A DNA stretch of 64,000 nt from Octopus vulgaris. Taxonomy: Eukaryota. Positions 38,699-52,699 of this stretch are shown here, one piece after another. A program made the position numbers and the translations under genes. Each line of letters starts with the position of its first letter. The first letter of the stretch is position 1. Location of the stretch: assembly GCA_951406725.2 (NCBI GenBank), contig OX597816.1, positions 123,876,001 through 123,940,000 of the forward strand, read 5' to 3'. The notes below the pieces were generated by a model. The model was given only the letters and a program-made list of their open reading frames with translations, had not been told where the DNA came from and made no database searches.

Positions 38699-39514
38699 CA
38701 TGTATACATAAAATAAACAGTAAGATTCAAGCGGATGCATTGTGGTGTAAACAGTTGAAGAGTGATAGAAATTGAAGCAAATGTTTGGAAAACACAATCT
38801 GGATTTTCATGGTTTCATTCACATTACAAATTTTGTTCAAATTTTCTGCAACATTGTATTTTTATATGCTAGTGAAAATTGCATTCATTTTTTAACAGAA
38901 ATTAATAATTCTTTCTGCGATAAGTACAATACCTGAAATTTTGAGGTGAGAAGGGGGCAAGTTGATTTCATCAGCTGCAATACTTAATGGTACATGTTTT
39001 ATCTACTTCATAAAGATAAAAGGAAAAGTTGACCTCACTGGCATTTGAGCTCAGAATGTAAAGCGGAAGAAATGCTGCTAAACATTTTGTCTAGCATGCT
39101 AACATCTCTGCTTACCATTCTACAGAAATTATTAATAGTGAAAGAAAATTACAAAGCTTTTAAGTTTGAAATTTTAGTCAGTCGGAAAGCTCCATTATTG
39201 ACATGCCGGAAATCATAATTTCCATGTGTTGATGATAAGAAAATGAAAATATTACATTGAAAGATGTTTCGTTTTTGATAAATAAAAAGAATTGAATGAA
39301 AGGAAATTAAAAAAAAAAGAAGAAACATGATGAAACCCTTTTAAAGAAGAAAACATTTAATGAAATAAAATGAAGATGTTATATAACCTTTAAATATGGA
39401 AAGAAAACGATGTGATGCAAAGTTCCAAAATGAAAAAAGAAAACAAGTCAGCAACAATGAAATTTTGTTATGCATTGGAACAGTTTTTGCAAGAGATTGC
39501 ATTTTTCATACCTG

Positions 39515-39630
39515 CACTATAACCCTAAGCCCTAGGCCTAACCTGACTCTAACACTTAACTCTAAAACTGAACTCTGGCCTTAAACTCTAATCCTAACTG
39601 CAACCTTACACCCTAATTCTAACCCTAAGA
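39515..39630. repeat. Degenerate (CCCTAA)n telomere-like hexamer array
   Basis: taaccctaagccctaggcctaacctgactctaac...accctaattctaaccctaa, roughly 6-bp period. Confidence 0.6.
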
Positions 39631-40199
39631 AAATTAAGCTCCCTTTTTAGATTCTCACTCTCCTATAAGGAAAATTGTGTTTGGTACTTCTTATATTTAT
39701 TCCCTATGAAATATAATATAGTGGATGATGGCAGGGGTTTGGAAAACATGTAATTTGATGGAGGTGTTTTATGACTGCCAAAAACTTAAGTGTTCATCTA
39801 CCTTTCTCTCATGTTTTACTAACTATAGCTGAGTTAACATTTAGGCATAGAGAAATATGAGCTCATCTAATGGAGAAGAGTGACCAGGGTGCAGTTTAAC
39901 TTGCCTAGTAACAGTCAGCTCAGAAGTAATGAGACACACGAGGTGGTGAAATCTACATTCCCACACTAAAAAATGAAAATTCATCCCCACCAATGACAAA
40001 GAATTCAGAATCCATGAAGCTCTGAAATTTAACAATCTTGGGCTTTTTACAGCCACAAAACTCTCACTCACAACATGCATGTCTTCTATAAAACATGACC
40101 AACAAACCACTTTTTCCTCCAAGGTGTACATCATTTAATTTACCTTTCCCAGACAACATAAAATACTGGGTATGATCTCAATTAGACATCCAGATAAAA

Positions 40200-40505
40200 G
40201 TTTGTTATGGCAGACTGAAAATGGTTCTTTCAAATTTAACCACATTACCAAAATGCTCGAGGATGAGTGTACATCATCAGCAGACCAAGCATAGATATAT
40301 TTAGCAGAGAGCTCCAGGATGACAATAACATTGATCATCAAATCAGTCTATCATGGACCAACAACTAGATAACTAGCTCTCACTTCGAAGGGTAGGCATT
40401 TGCAATCCAAGAACAGGAAATAGCAACCAAATACCTAATGCACAAAAGGTACAGAGATGCAGGAAAAACACCAAAATGTGATAACTGATGCAGACTTTGT
40501 GCTAA
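40200..40505 (+). mobile_element. R4/Dong-like (RLE) LINE fragment
   Basis: HFEG*AFAIQEQEIATKYL...KCDN*CRLC, the conserved segment preceding the zinc knuckle. Confidence 0.65.
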
Positions 40506-40978
40506 ATCTTTTCCCTACCATTTCTTGAACCCCACCCAAAAGGGAAAACTTAATTACAATATTTTTATAGCTTCCAGTTCTTTTTGTCTTGTACTTTTCA
40601 AGATTCTGTCAATTAGGAATATCTTTTCTCTTGCATACATGTTTTCCTGTTAGTCCAGCTATTGATTTCTTAGATTAATTAACACGAAATTACAAACTTT
40701 GTAAACGGGAGAAGAGAGGATACTTGACTGGAATAACTGCTGTTTGTTTTAGCAACTATGCGGGGGAAGAAAAGCAATGAAATGTTGATGAGGGCAGGAT
40801 CTGAACCCAGAACAAAGATGTAAAATTAAATACAGCAGATCTTTTGTTCAGCATTTCACTAATTCAATTGCTCTAGTGTACTTGTGTTTGTGTTACAGAT
40901 AGTGCTACTAGCTACTATTATAGTAAGTGTATGAGACATTAAAACAAAAAAATAAATAATCACTATAACTAAAAGAAT

Positions 40979-41015
<37 letters not shown>

Positions 41016-41509
41016 AACTACTACAACTACTACTACTACTACATGCTGCAACTAACAAGAAGGCTTATAAGGATAAAAAGAAAAGAGACTTAAAAAAAAC
41101 AAAAGAACTCATAGTATTTTCAGTGAAGCAATAAGTGCAACAATGAAAACAAAAACTAGGAAAATGATGAGACAAGGAAGAAAGACTAATATAATATTAG
41201 AAATGAAAACGAGGAAAAAAAAGAAAGAGAGCATCAGTGTAAACAATAACAATGACCACAAGAAGAAGAAGAAGAAGAAGAAGAAGGAGTATAATGCCAC
41301 CATCAATAACACCACTACAAGCAACAATAACTATAGTCAAAAATGCGTAAAGAAACACGATTAGAATATTAAGAAGGAAAAAGGAGAAAAAAAAAACCAA
41401 AAACGTATGGCAATGAAGCAACGAAGTGCAACAAAAACATAATTTATAATGACCACAATGAGAATAAGAAGAAAAATAGGAAAACAAGCAAAAAAAACAA
41501 GAACAAGTA

Positions 41510-41562
<53 letters not shown>

Positions 41563-43124
41563 TGACTGACCCAAAAGGAGAAACTGTAGTTTGTTACAAA
41601 ACACTGTCGAAAATCATCTTCAGCTTTAGTAAACAGAAGTGTAGTGGAAAAGAAGGAAAGGAAGAAAGGAAGGAAGGAAGGAAGGAAGGAAGGAAGGAAA
41701 GAAGGAAGGAAGAGAAAAAAAAAGAAAGGTAGAAAGAAAGAAAAAGAATGTTTGAGATGGTATCTTTCTTCTTCTCTCCCCTCCCCTACCTTTGTTCAGT
41801 CAGATTACAGAAGATTATGATATAAATGCTTTTGACAGACATTATTCCATATTTAGTGTGAGATACTGTTTACTGAAGAGAAGTCAAGTTCAATTTCTTG
41901 CTGTCTGAGTGTGTTTGTATGTGTGTGTGTGTGTGTTTCCGTCTGTCTATGTCTAATTGAATATATGTTTATAAATACACCATGTACAGATGTATGTCTT
42001 TCTCTATCTCTATCTCTCTCTCTATATATATATATTTATATATGGGTGGTACTTCAAAGTTACAGTCATCCTTATTTTGCCGAACAACAACAACAACAAT
42101 ACTGTATGTATATATGTGTGTGTGTGTGTGTGTATATATATGTGTATGTATATATATCTATATATATATAAAGTTACAAACTTAGATTCTTTTCCCTGTT
42201 CTCATGCAGTTATTTTACATAAAGCAATTGTGTGTGTGTGTGTGCCTGCATGCATGTTTGTGAGTCTAAAAAGGAAATGTTATCTAACGCCAGACTAGGG
42301 CATCAGGTTAACAAGGTGAGGTGAGTGCAGATAATGTAAGGCTTTACTTGATGCGGATAGATGGCAGGAACATTTAAAGAAAATAGGATTACGTAGCTTT
42401 GTGGTGGTCACTAGAATAAAAGACTGGACAATACAGAATATATGCTACATGACAAACCTGTAAAAGGATTTCATTCGTTACCAATCTATCATTCGTCATA
42501 TACTTTACAACAACAATAACAACAATAACGATCCTTTCAAAAATAGCCACAAGGCCTGAATTTTGTGGGGAGAGAGTTGGTTGATTACATTGACACCTCC
42601 AATGCTCAACTGGTACTTATTTTGTTGGCTCCCAAAAGGATAAATGGCATAATCGAACTTGGTAAAATTTGAACACAGAATGTAAAGGCTGTAAGAAATT
42701 CCACTGGGTGTTTTGTCCAGCATGCTAACATTTCTGCGAGCTCGGCACCTTAATAATAGTAATGGGAGACCCCTTTCGGTCATGAATGACCATGGGATTG
42801 CACCTAGAAAGTTACCCACGAAAGCACAAGTCCAGGCAAGTTTGTTTATAGAAGGCCAGCAATCGCCCATGCATACCATCCTCCCCTCTCCACACCAAGG
42901 GAAAAGCAAAGGCCGATATAGCTTGGCACCAGTGATGTCACAACTCATTTCTACAGCTGAGTTAACTGGAGCAACGTGAAACTCACAACCTCATGATCGT
43001 AAGCTCGACACTCTAACCACTGAGCCATGCACCTTCACAACAATAATAGTAAAGTTGACCTTGGTGGAATTTGAACTCAGAATGTAAGGATGAATGAAAT
43101 AATGAAAATAAAAATAATAATGAT

Positions 43125-43545
43125 AATTCAACCATGAGATAGAGAACAATAAGCAAGACATAGTGTTAATTGAGAAAGAAATCAAACGATGCTGGATCAT
43201 AGATATAGCATGCCCAGCTGACAACAAGGTATGTGATAGGGAAGAAAGAAAAGTCAATAGACATGACAGGTTTAGCGTGGGAGGTTAAGCAATTGTGGTC
43301 GATGAAAAAGGTGGTAGTGTCAATAATTGTCGAAGCATTGGGAACAGTGAGTAAAGATCTTGAGAAATACATGGAAAAAAAAGGGGCTGCAACATGGGTG
43401 GAGCACTTGCAGAAAACAGCACTGACCGGAACCGCTTGAATATTCTGGATGGTGCTTGAATATAAGGGGTGTTACCTTAGTCCACTGGTAGTGAACAGCT
43501 GGCACCATAGTAATCTCCAGCATTAGAAGCTGTGCAAAGACAATG
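43125..43545 (+). mobile_element. R4/Dong-like LINE 3' end (restriction-like endonuclease) between (TAA)n tracts
   Basis: NKQDIVLIEK...CWIIDIACPAD, LAWEVKQLW...IIVEALG, LQKTALTGTA; short 3' UTR then taataatgataataat. Confidence 0.8.
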
Positions 43546-46500
43546 AATAATGATAATAATAACTACAACAACAACAATTTATTATTACTAATAACTATTA
43601 ATTGTTTCTGTATTGGATGGAGGGGACTACATAAGAGATTCAAAGGACATTGACACAAGACATGAAAAACCATGCCAAAAAATTACAGAAGGATTTTCAC
43701 ATGTAGATGGCTTTACAAGATAAACAATGAGGTAACAATAAATTACTGAACAATAAAAATTTACAAAAAGAAGAGATCTCTAGGATTTACCATCAGAAAT
43801 CATACAAAGAGCATGGTCACTTTAATCACACGCTTGGGCCACAACTGTTGGCATTCAGTTCTCCTTCAGTCTAAAACCTCAAGTTCATGGCAGGACTGTC
43901 CACTTGGATCATGCTTGAAACTCTCATCTATCTTTCATCAAATTTGCTGGAAGGTAATACTTCCCTGGCCATCCTCAGTTTTGTCTTCAAGTGCAGCCTA
44001 GTAATGTTGATGAGGGTTTGGCTAAAGAGGGAAATGTCATTCTTAAGCACTTTCAGTATTGTCCATCAAATAATCTCATTCCCCATGCCATCAGACAAAT
44101 AAACACTGCTGACCTTTTCTGGTGAAAGGAAAGTGCGACAAAGCAATTTTCACAATGGACACACTCAAAAGAGTTTGAGATGATCATTACTTACAACTCA
44201 TTTCATGCTTGGATTCATTTGCTAAGCAGAACTCCACAAGTCAGCAATGCTTGGATACTAAATTATTACATGCAGTACAGTTTTGATACACTATGCAAAT
44301 TTTAGATATGCCCCTGGCAGCACTTATACCAAAATAACTTTGCTCCACCCCCATAGAACTACCTGGCCAGAGTCTTCAAGAAGTTATCCATAATCCTAAG
44401 GCTGAAAGTTCCAGCATAGGCCAACCATATAATACACATCAGAATCCAGAATATCTCTGAGAACTTCTCATTTTCTCTATTAGTAGTCCTGTGCATAATG
44501 CTAATATGGAAGTGCCACCAGCCACATTTCTTGGTTGGTAGAAGAATGTAGGCACTTAAAGACATGACAACTCAAGCACCCAGTCTTGGTTTTTACTTAC
44601 TCAGGATCACAGTTCCGTCAAAGAGATGGTCTTTGAAAAAAAATGTGCCTGAAAAACGTTAATCATTTGGAATCTTGCAAATGTCCAAGAGGATGTTGCT
44701 GCATTATCCAGCCATCATGAAGACGATATTAGTGGTAGATTGAAGACTGACCTTCAAACTAGTGAAACTTCTTCACATGAAGTAAATGCTCCAATCTGGT
44801 CTCATCAAAACTGGGCTAATTTATTAACTACCTGTTTGTAACTTTTTCCATCTTATATACAAATCAGGTGATGTGTTAATTTGCTACATCTATCCATCCC
44901 CTTCCAGAGATAGTTTCCTCTTCATCAATTTCTAGGTGAGACTGGTTATTCTTTTCATAATATTGTTCCAGTTCCAATCAACCTATAAATTCAGAAGGAA
45001 CCAGGTCACAAATAAGTTAGCTAAGCCATCAGTCCATGTGCGAACTTATTTTGCCATGTACCTAGCTGAAAGCCTGAAAACAGGTCTGAACTAGTTTCTT
45101 CTCCTACAACAACAATTTTGTACTATCCTAGAATTGTGAAAACAACCTTGACCATCATGAAGCCTAGCACCCATACAGGGATGTTGTTTGGGAATACTGA
45201 TCAGCTTCTTCCACACTTTTGTTAAAACAAGTTGCCCTTCAACAACTCTAGTTTACACATGCATAGATTGATTGTTAGCACACAGAGAAAATGGAAGAGA
45301 ATAACCTATTCACAGACCAAATAAGTGATTGAAAATTGAAATACTTCAAAAAATTTGGTCTCACTCTTCTGGTTAGAGCAAAAGCTGTCACTTCTTTGAA
45401 GGTTTTGTCTTCACTACTGTCCATGCCTAGTGACAGCAACTCACTGTCCAATTTAGGAAGATCATCTGATCCAAGCCATTCCTTAATACATTGCCTCTCT
45501 GCTGGTTGATAGGGGCTGATCAAGGGCAACATATCCTTCAAAGCCATTGATGAAAAGTACAGGCATTCTAGAAATCTTGGTTGCTGATAGCTTCCAAATC
45601 TATATTCAGAAACTTAGGGTCATTGCTTCCACACTAAGTGCAGGTTATGAGTAAGTATGTGAACTATTGTGGAAGTGCATGGCTTAGTGGTTATGATGTT
45701 GGGCTCATGATTGTAAGATTGTGGTTTCGATTCCTGGACTGAGCGACACATTGTGTTCTTGAGCAAAGTACTTCAATTCATGCTACTCTGGTCCACTCAG
45801 CTGAAAAAAAGGAGTAATCCTGCAATGGACTTGCATCCCATCCAGGTACAGAATACATGTGCCATGAAACTGGGAAACTGGCCCTTGTGAGTCGGTATGA
45901 CTTAAGAAGGTAACCTTTACCTTTACCCATGTAACCTATTCTGTATATGTGCTTCTTACAGCCTTTTTCATTTATTTGTATGTGGGTGTGTGCATTTGCT
46001 TCTTAAACCTCATTAATATTCTGTTGCTGCAAGCAAGAACAGTGAAGTTAATAAAAAATTCCGTTTTGCTTTGTGTTTTCCGTGTATTGATATTACTCTT
46101 GCAACTGCTGTTGTTGTTATTGTGGGCTTAATAGCAATGTGGCTCTTCTCACTTTGCCTTTATGTATGAAAAGAAGATCTTCATGTGGCAGGTAACATTG
46201 CATATGTGAGTGAGACATGGATCTTTTCCCTTCATTTTTCAGAAATAGCCAAGTACTTTTGGCAGCTCAATCAAGTCGGGGAGGTTTTGAGGTTTTGTTT
46301 CTGATCCATTTGTATCAAAAGCTCCTTCAATCTGCATCTTCAGGATAGTCAACTCGTCATCATCATCATCACTCAAAAACCTCTGGATGTTTATTTCCGG
46401 TAGAATATTAACTGCATCTGACTTCTTAATACATCAATCCATATATGATGAAATGAGAATGGATTCCTTACTCTTAACTAGATTCCAATATTCTTTTTCA

Positions 46501-47003
46501 CCCTACATTGTCTTCAGGTTTTTCTACCCTTGGACTATTCTCCTCACCAACTTTTCATTCCTCTGCATTTTCCATTACTTTCTGGGGCATAGCTGAGGTG
46601 AGTTATCAGTCCTTTTTCAGTAGAGGTTTCTGACTTTTAATTATTCTTTTTCTAACATGAATCACTTTATACCTCTTGCTGCACTTACCAGCAAGCCACT
46701 CCTAGCAATCACATTACTCTAGCTTCTTTTACTGCTGTAACTGCTTTGTCTTCTAGTCATAAAATTGCCATTGACCACAATCAAAAGGCTCATGATGCAC
46801 GTGGCAGTGTTGGTTGATGTTTAGAATATTTTACCCTTAGAGTTGTAAATCCATTAGAGCATGAAACGAAGGAATCATTTAATTCTTAGTGATTACAGTC
46901 AGATTCACCACAAGATGAAACACAAAAATTAGAATAAAACAAATCCATCCATGGCAGGATCTGGACTATGTACTTCAATTTTCACTATTAGATATTTGAA
47001 AGT

Positions 47004-47154
47004 CATTAGCATAGCTAGAACATATGCTGCCCAGGGTGACCCTTCAGTTTGCTGCCCCTGGGCCTCCGTGAGAGATACATATTGCCTACAGCAGACTCAA
47101 AAAAGCTGCCTGGGGGTGGACCGCCCCCTCCACACCTCCCTAGCCGTGCTAGTG
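47004..47154. mobile_element. Probable hAT-type MITE
   Basis: 15-bp imperfect TIR cattagcatagctag / ctagccgtgctagtg; flanks ttgaaagt/cttaaagt; GC-rich interior. Confidence 0.5.
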
Positions 47155-48869
47155 CTTAAAGTTACCCTTCCAACACATCTCTGCTGTCTGAGCCATTCAC
47201 ACTGTCAAATAATTTCATTTATGTAGTTTTTATTATTCATTTAATTAGTGTATGTCACATTTATTTTATTTTAGTTGGGAATGAATTTATTTCAAAATAA
47301 GTACTTCAAATCATTGCAGTTTCTCTCACACAACCTCATGACCTCCTATTATTTCTCTATTTAATTACACATTAATTTATTTATTGACATTGTTTTTAAT
47401 TTTTCTCAATTTTTTTCTGTGTATTTTTTATTTATTTTCTACCTTTTGTTTTTCAATTTCTTTTTTCTTTTTCGTTTCTTTTCATTTTAACTATTTTATC
47501 TGCTGTCTGACCTAACTGCTGCATCTTTTCAAAGCTGCAGATGTAGGCTGACTTGATAATTATTGTTGTCATAAAGACCAGGGTTTATATCTTTCAGCAG
47601 CCATAGAACATGCATTAAAAAAAATTGATTTGGAACTTTTGACACTGAGATGTGACTGCTTGCTTTCAAATAATAATTGAATAATGGGCAGACAACATAT
47701 CAAGAATGGATAACAATAAACTCAACAACATTAGAAATAAGAAATTATTATTATTATTATTATTATCATTATTATTACTATTGTCATTATTATTATTATC
47801 GTTGTCATTGTTGTTGTTATTATTTTATTTTTATTGCAGATGTTTTATCTTACATGTGTATGAATTTTGATTGCTGTAATATTGTTATTATTATTGTAAT
47901 CAGTATTAATACCGTTACTGGTGGGTGGAGGGGAGTACTATAAAAAAAAAATAAATAAAAAGGAAGAAAAGAAAAGAAAGCGATGGCATTCAATACATTG
48001 TAACTTTGTTTTTTATTTTAAGTTCCTCTAAGGTCACCTTTGTCTTTTATTCATGAACTATGTCTGATTAAATATATGGATTATAGCCTTTCTTAAAAAC
48101 TAAACTCTTCTTTTTCTTCTTCTTCTAATTATTATTATTATTATTATTATAATTATTATTATTAACAAAGTGGCTGGTTGGCAGAAATGTTAGCATGCCG
48201 GGCGAAATGCTTACTGGTATTTCGTCTGCCGCTACGTTCTGAGTTCAAATTCTACCGAGGTCGACTTAGCCTTTCATCCTTTCATGGTCAATTAAATAAG
48301 TACCAGTTACTGCAGTCGATATAATCGACTTAATCCCTTTGTCTGTCCTTGTTCGTTCTCTCTATGTTTAGCCCCTTGTGGGCAGTAAAGAAATAAAAAT
48401 GATAATAATAATAATAATAATAATAATTATTATTATTATTATTATTATTATTGGCCTACTGGTTAGGGTGTTGCACTCACAATTGTGAGATCATGGTCTC
48501 AATTCCTAGGTTAGATTGTGCATTGTGTTCTTGAGCAAAAACACTTCATCTCACATTGCTTTGCAATCATTTTGACACCTGACATGCGGTACACTGTGAA
48601 CCTCTTCAGACAATGTCGATTTGATGGAGAGATTGAGCCAATGTACAGCACATATGTGTGGTCACTATTAACAGATCATTTGTACAGGTTATTTCACAGA
48701 AATAGCTAAATACTCATATGTCGTCTTCAGTGGGAGAGTCCATCACTACTACTACTACCATCACTACTACTACTACTACTACTACTATCATTGAGGTGGC
48801 AACCTGGTATAATCATTGGTACACTGGACAAAATGCTTCATGGTATTTCATATGAATGCACTTATTATC

Positions 48870-49412
48870 AAAAGGATTATTTCTGTTTTCAGACTCTATA
48901 TTCTAATTATCTCTGTTCACAGTTCTTTGTATTTTGAGAGTTTCTCTGCTTCTTTCAGAGATACATTGTCATTCTTTTGGGACTGATATGTCGATTGGAG
49001 GGCATTAATATTCTTGAGGGTCTCTGACAACTATATCAGGCATTTTTAGCCTTGATATTTCTATCTGTATGTGTTGCCATATCCCAAAGTATGGATGCTT
49101 TGTTATTTTCTGACACCTTTTCTGTGATATGCTTATGCTATTTCTTTTTCTGATGTCACTCTATAGTGCTGGCACAGCTTCTAGTGCATATAGGTCCTCT
49201 TTCTGTCATTTCTGAGGATATATTCATTATTATTATCATTCTAATTATTATTTGATGTAAACTCTCAACTTATTTTGCTGGGTATGATGGAAAGTGTCAG
49301 CTGTCCTTAGCCAGCAGACCAAGATAACACTAGTTTGCTGGTCATGCTTCAAGAACCCTGTGGAAAATTCTCACAGTTCTAAGCAATGCTAATTTTTGAA
49401 GGTGTTCTATCA
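48870..49412 (-). mobile_element. R4/Dong-like LINE fragments in (TAA)n context
   Basis: Minus strand NNKASILWD, PDIVVR and INALQSTYQSQKN pieces of the RLE region; 3'-UTR-like piece 49260-49412 resembles 43440-43540. Confidence 0.55.
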
Positions 49413-51848
49413 TTACATTTGTGTCAATCTTTTTGAGCCATGTTGGTAGTTTTGCTCTTTTATTATTATTATCATCATTATCATCATTATTACTATTATT
49501 ATTATCATCATATTACTATTATTATTATCATCATTATTACTATTATCATCATCATCATTATTATCATTATCATTATTATTATTTTTGGCAGAATTGTTAG
49601 CATGCTGGGCAAAATACTTTGCAGAATTTTGTCTGTCTTTACATTCTGGGTTCAAATTCTGCTGTGGTCAACTTTGCCTTCCACCCTTTCAGAGTCAATG
49701 AAATAAGTACCAGTTATGCACTTGGGTTGATGTAATCAACTATCCCTCTCCCTCACAATTTCAGGCCTTGTGCTTATAATAGAAAGGATTATTATTATTA
49801 ATATTATTATTATTATTAATATCATTCTTCTTCTTCTTCTTCTTATTATTATTATTATTCTCAAGCCAAATAAGATTGTAGTTTTGACCGATGCCAGTAA
49901 TGTGCAACTGGCCCATTGAAAGTCCCCTTTAATCGTTGGGTGGATATACTGTGCTTGTGAAGACCTGTGGAACTGAGTGAAATTGTAGTTTTGGCCAATA
50001 CCCATGCTGTCTGACTAGCACCTATGCTGGTGGCATGTAAAAAGCACCATTTGTATATTGGGCCTTATGGAGGCAGTGACAGGTGTCCAAGATGCTTGGC
50101 GATATACCGTGCTTGTCTAGACCTGTCAAACCAAGTGAGACTGAAGTCATGGCCAATGCTGGTGTCAGGTCATTGGCTCCCATGTGAGTGGCATATAAAA
50201 AGCACTCACTACACTCTTGGAGTGGTTGGCATTAGGAAGGGCATCCAGCTGTAGAAACTTTGCCAAATCAAATCAGAACCTGGTGCATCCTCACCCACTG
50301 GCTTACCAGTTTTCAGTCAAACCATCCAAATCAGGCCAACATGGAAAACGAATATTAAATGATGGATAATGATAATAATTTTATTATTATTATTATTAAT
50401 ATTATTATTATTATCATTTTGTTGGGGCTCCTGGGTTAGTGGTGGGGCATTGTGCTCATGACCTAATGATCATGATTTCAATTCCTAGACATCTCATGTT
50501 GCTCTGCAATCCCTTCGACACTTGACATGTGGTACACACTGCACCTGTTCAGACAACATCGATTTGGTGGAGAGAGTAAGCTAATGTGTGGCACAAATAT
50601 TTGATCACTATAGAATAATTATTTGTGAAAATTGTTCAGCAAAAGCTGAACACTTATACATCATTTTGAACAGGAAAGTCCATCATTATTATTTTAGTTG
50701 TAGTTGTTGCTGCTGTTGTTGTTATTAAATTTGAAATGCCCACAAGATTTACTTTTGCTTTTCATTCCTCCAAGTATGTTAAAATATCATATTCAATAGG
50801 CAAACAATAGAGCCAGTTACATTGAAATTATCTTCCCTAAGTGCCAGGTCATGTTTAGAAAGTAATATATAAGTCTTTCTGTAGAGATAGCTGGTGGAAT
50901 TGATGGAGCACTACATAAAATGTCTTTTTGTGTTTAACTATCAGCTGAAATCCAGCCAGGGTTAACTTTGCTTTTCATCTTTCAGGATTTGGTAAGATAA
51001 AATAACCAATTAAGTACTGAGAATGCTATATCATTCTTCCGAATGTGTCGCCTTGGGCTTAAATTATAAAATGTTTACTATTATCACCGAAAGTAACAAA
51101 GACAAAAAAAAAATAGTAGACAACTTGTCTTGTAGCATTTAGTTATGCTTTTCAATGTTTTGAGTTCAAATCCCATTGGAATTGATTTTTCTTTTCATAC
51201 ATAAAGATAAATATCGCACATATCCTGGAGATTATTTGGTGAATTATAATTTTTTCTCTTACAAAGCAGTCATTTCATAACAATGTAAAAGAACAAAAAG
51301 AAAAAGAAGGAAAAATAAAACAACCTCAATCCCATAATGATTAAGATAAGGTAAAAATAATTGCTTATCTTCCGAGTGATATTGTCTGTACTGTAACATG
51401 GTTTCATTATAATTGATAAAAATAGATCCTATCAATGCAGAACTCTTTCATGTTCCCCTCTCTCTATAGAGATTTATCTTAATTATCATCTACAAATAAC
51501 CTAGACATCTCACATCCGACATGTATTGAGTCAATATGACTTCTAATGGAGACATAGAAATCTAAACTCTTCTAAACAGCACAAAATACGTTATCATTAT
51601 TATTATTATTATTAGTAGTAGTAGTAGTAGTAGCAGCAGCAGCAGTAGTAAAAGAAGAGGAGGAGGAGGAGGACTGGTGGATTGACAGAATTGTAAAAGT
51701 GTCAGACAAAATGCTTTCCAGTATTTGTTCCTTTTTTTACTTTTTAGCTTAGACTCTGTTGTGTCTGGGGAGAGTCATTTTCTTTTTGTGCCTTATAATG
51801 TAACACACTCACCAGTAAAATTTCCACTTATTTCTTATTTTTATTTTC

Positions 51849-51887
51849 CTAAAATTTTCGTTGCGTCTTGCAACCTTTTCAATAGTC
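51849..51887 (-). ncRNA. Minimal hammerhead-like motif with U3-A8 covariant core
   Basis: Minus: gaCTA TTGAAAA G GTTGC aagac GCAAC GAA AATT T TAG; stem I CTA/TAG, 5-bp stem II, palindromic stem III AATT. Confidence 0.55.
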
Positions 51888-52699
51888 TTGACTCTGTCCA
51901 TTATTTACACTGCATTCCTTTTTGTTTGTTTCTGCACATGTGCGTGGGTCAGTGTGTGTGCCTATGCATGCATGCATGTACGTATGTATGTGTGTGTGTA
52001 TGTATGTATGCATGTGTATGTATGTATATATGTGTGTGTATGCATATGTATATATGTATGTGTGTGCATCTGTATGTATGTATTCTGCATATTCATGTGC
52101 TTGCATGTCTGTGTTTGTGTATTTTCTATGTATGTGTGTGTGTGAGCGTGTGTTTGTATATGCATACACCTCTGTCTCCTTGTGAGTGCATGTCTGTGTG
52201 TGTTATGCAACTATGTACCATGTTTGTATGTATGGATGTGCATCTCTATATGTGTGGATCTGTGTCCCCATATGTGTCCTTGTGTGGAGTAAAGTGTGTG
52301 TGTATATATGGTCATGTGTTTCAGTCTCTATTTGCATATGTGTGCTTGTCTATTCTTATAACCTATGTACCAATCCGTCTGTATGTTGATCTGTTTATTT
52401 TCATATCCGTATGCTTACATACAGGCAAGTAAGCATATGGATATGAAAATAAACAGATCAACAGGCTGGGAACAACTTTTAAAAATTATGCTGCTTTCAA
52501 TTTTTTTTATTTTGGAGAAGTTTCTTGCAATCATCTTAAAGTGCTAAGAATATTTAAAAAATCCCAGTGGAAATGGAGAAAATTCAACTTATGTGGATTG
52601 CACCCATTTTACTTGTATCTCTTAATCATTATGTTCTGATAGTTTCTCAGCATAATTTCAAGTAATATAGTAAAGAGTAATTATTTTCTTAACTTAATC

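Noticed and set aside
40980-41750. Lys/Asn-rich ORFs in a purine-rich block
   Set aside because: Composite low-complexity sequence ((CTA)n, (AAG)n, (AAT)n, (GGAA)n)
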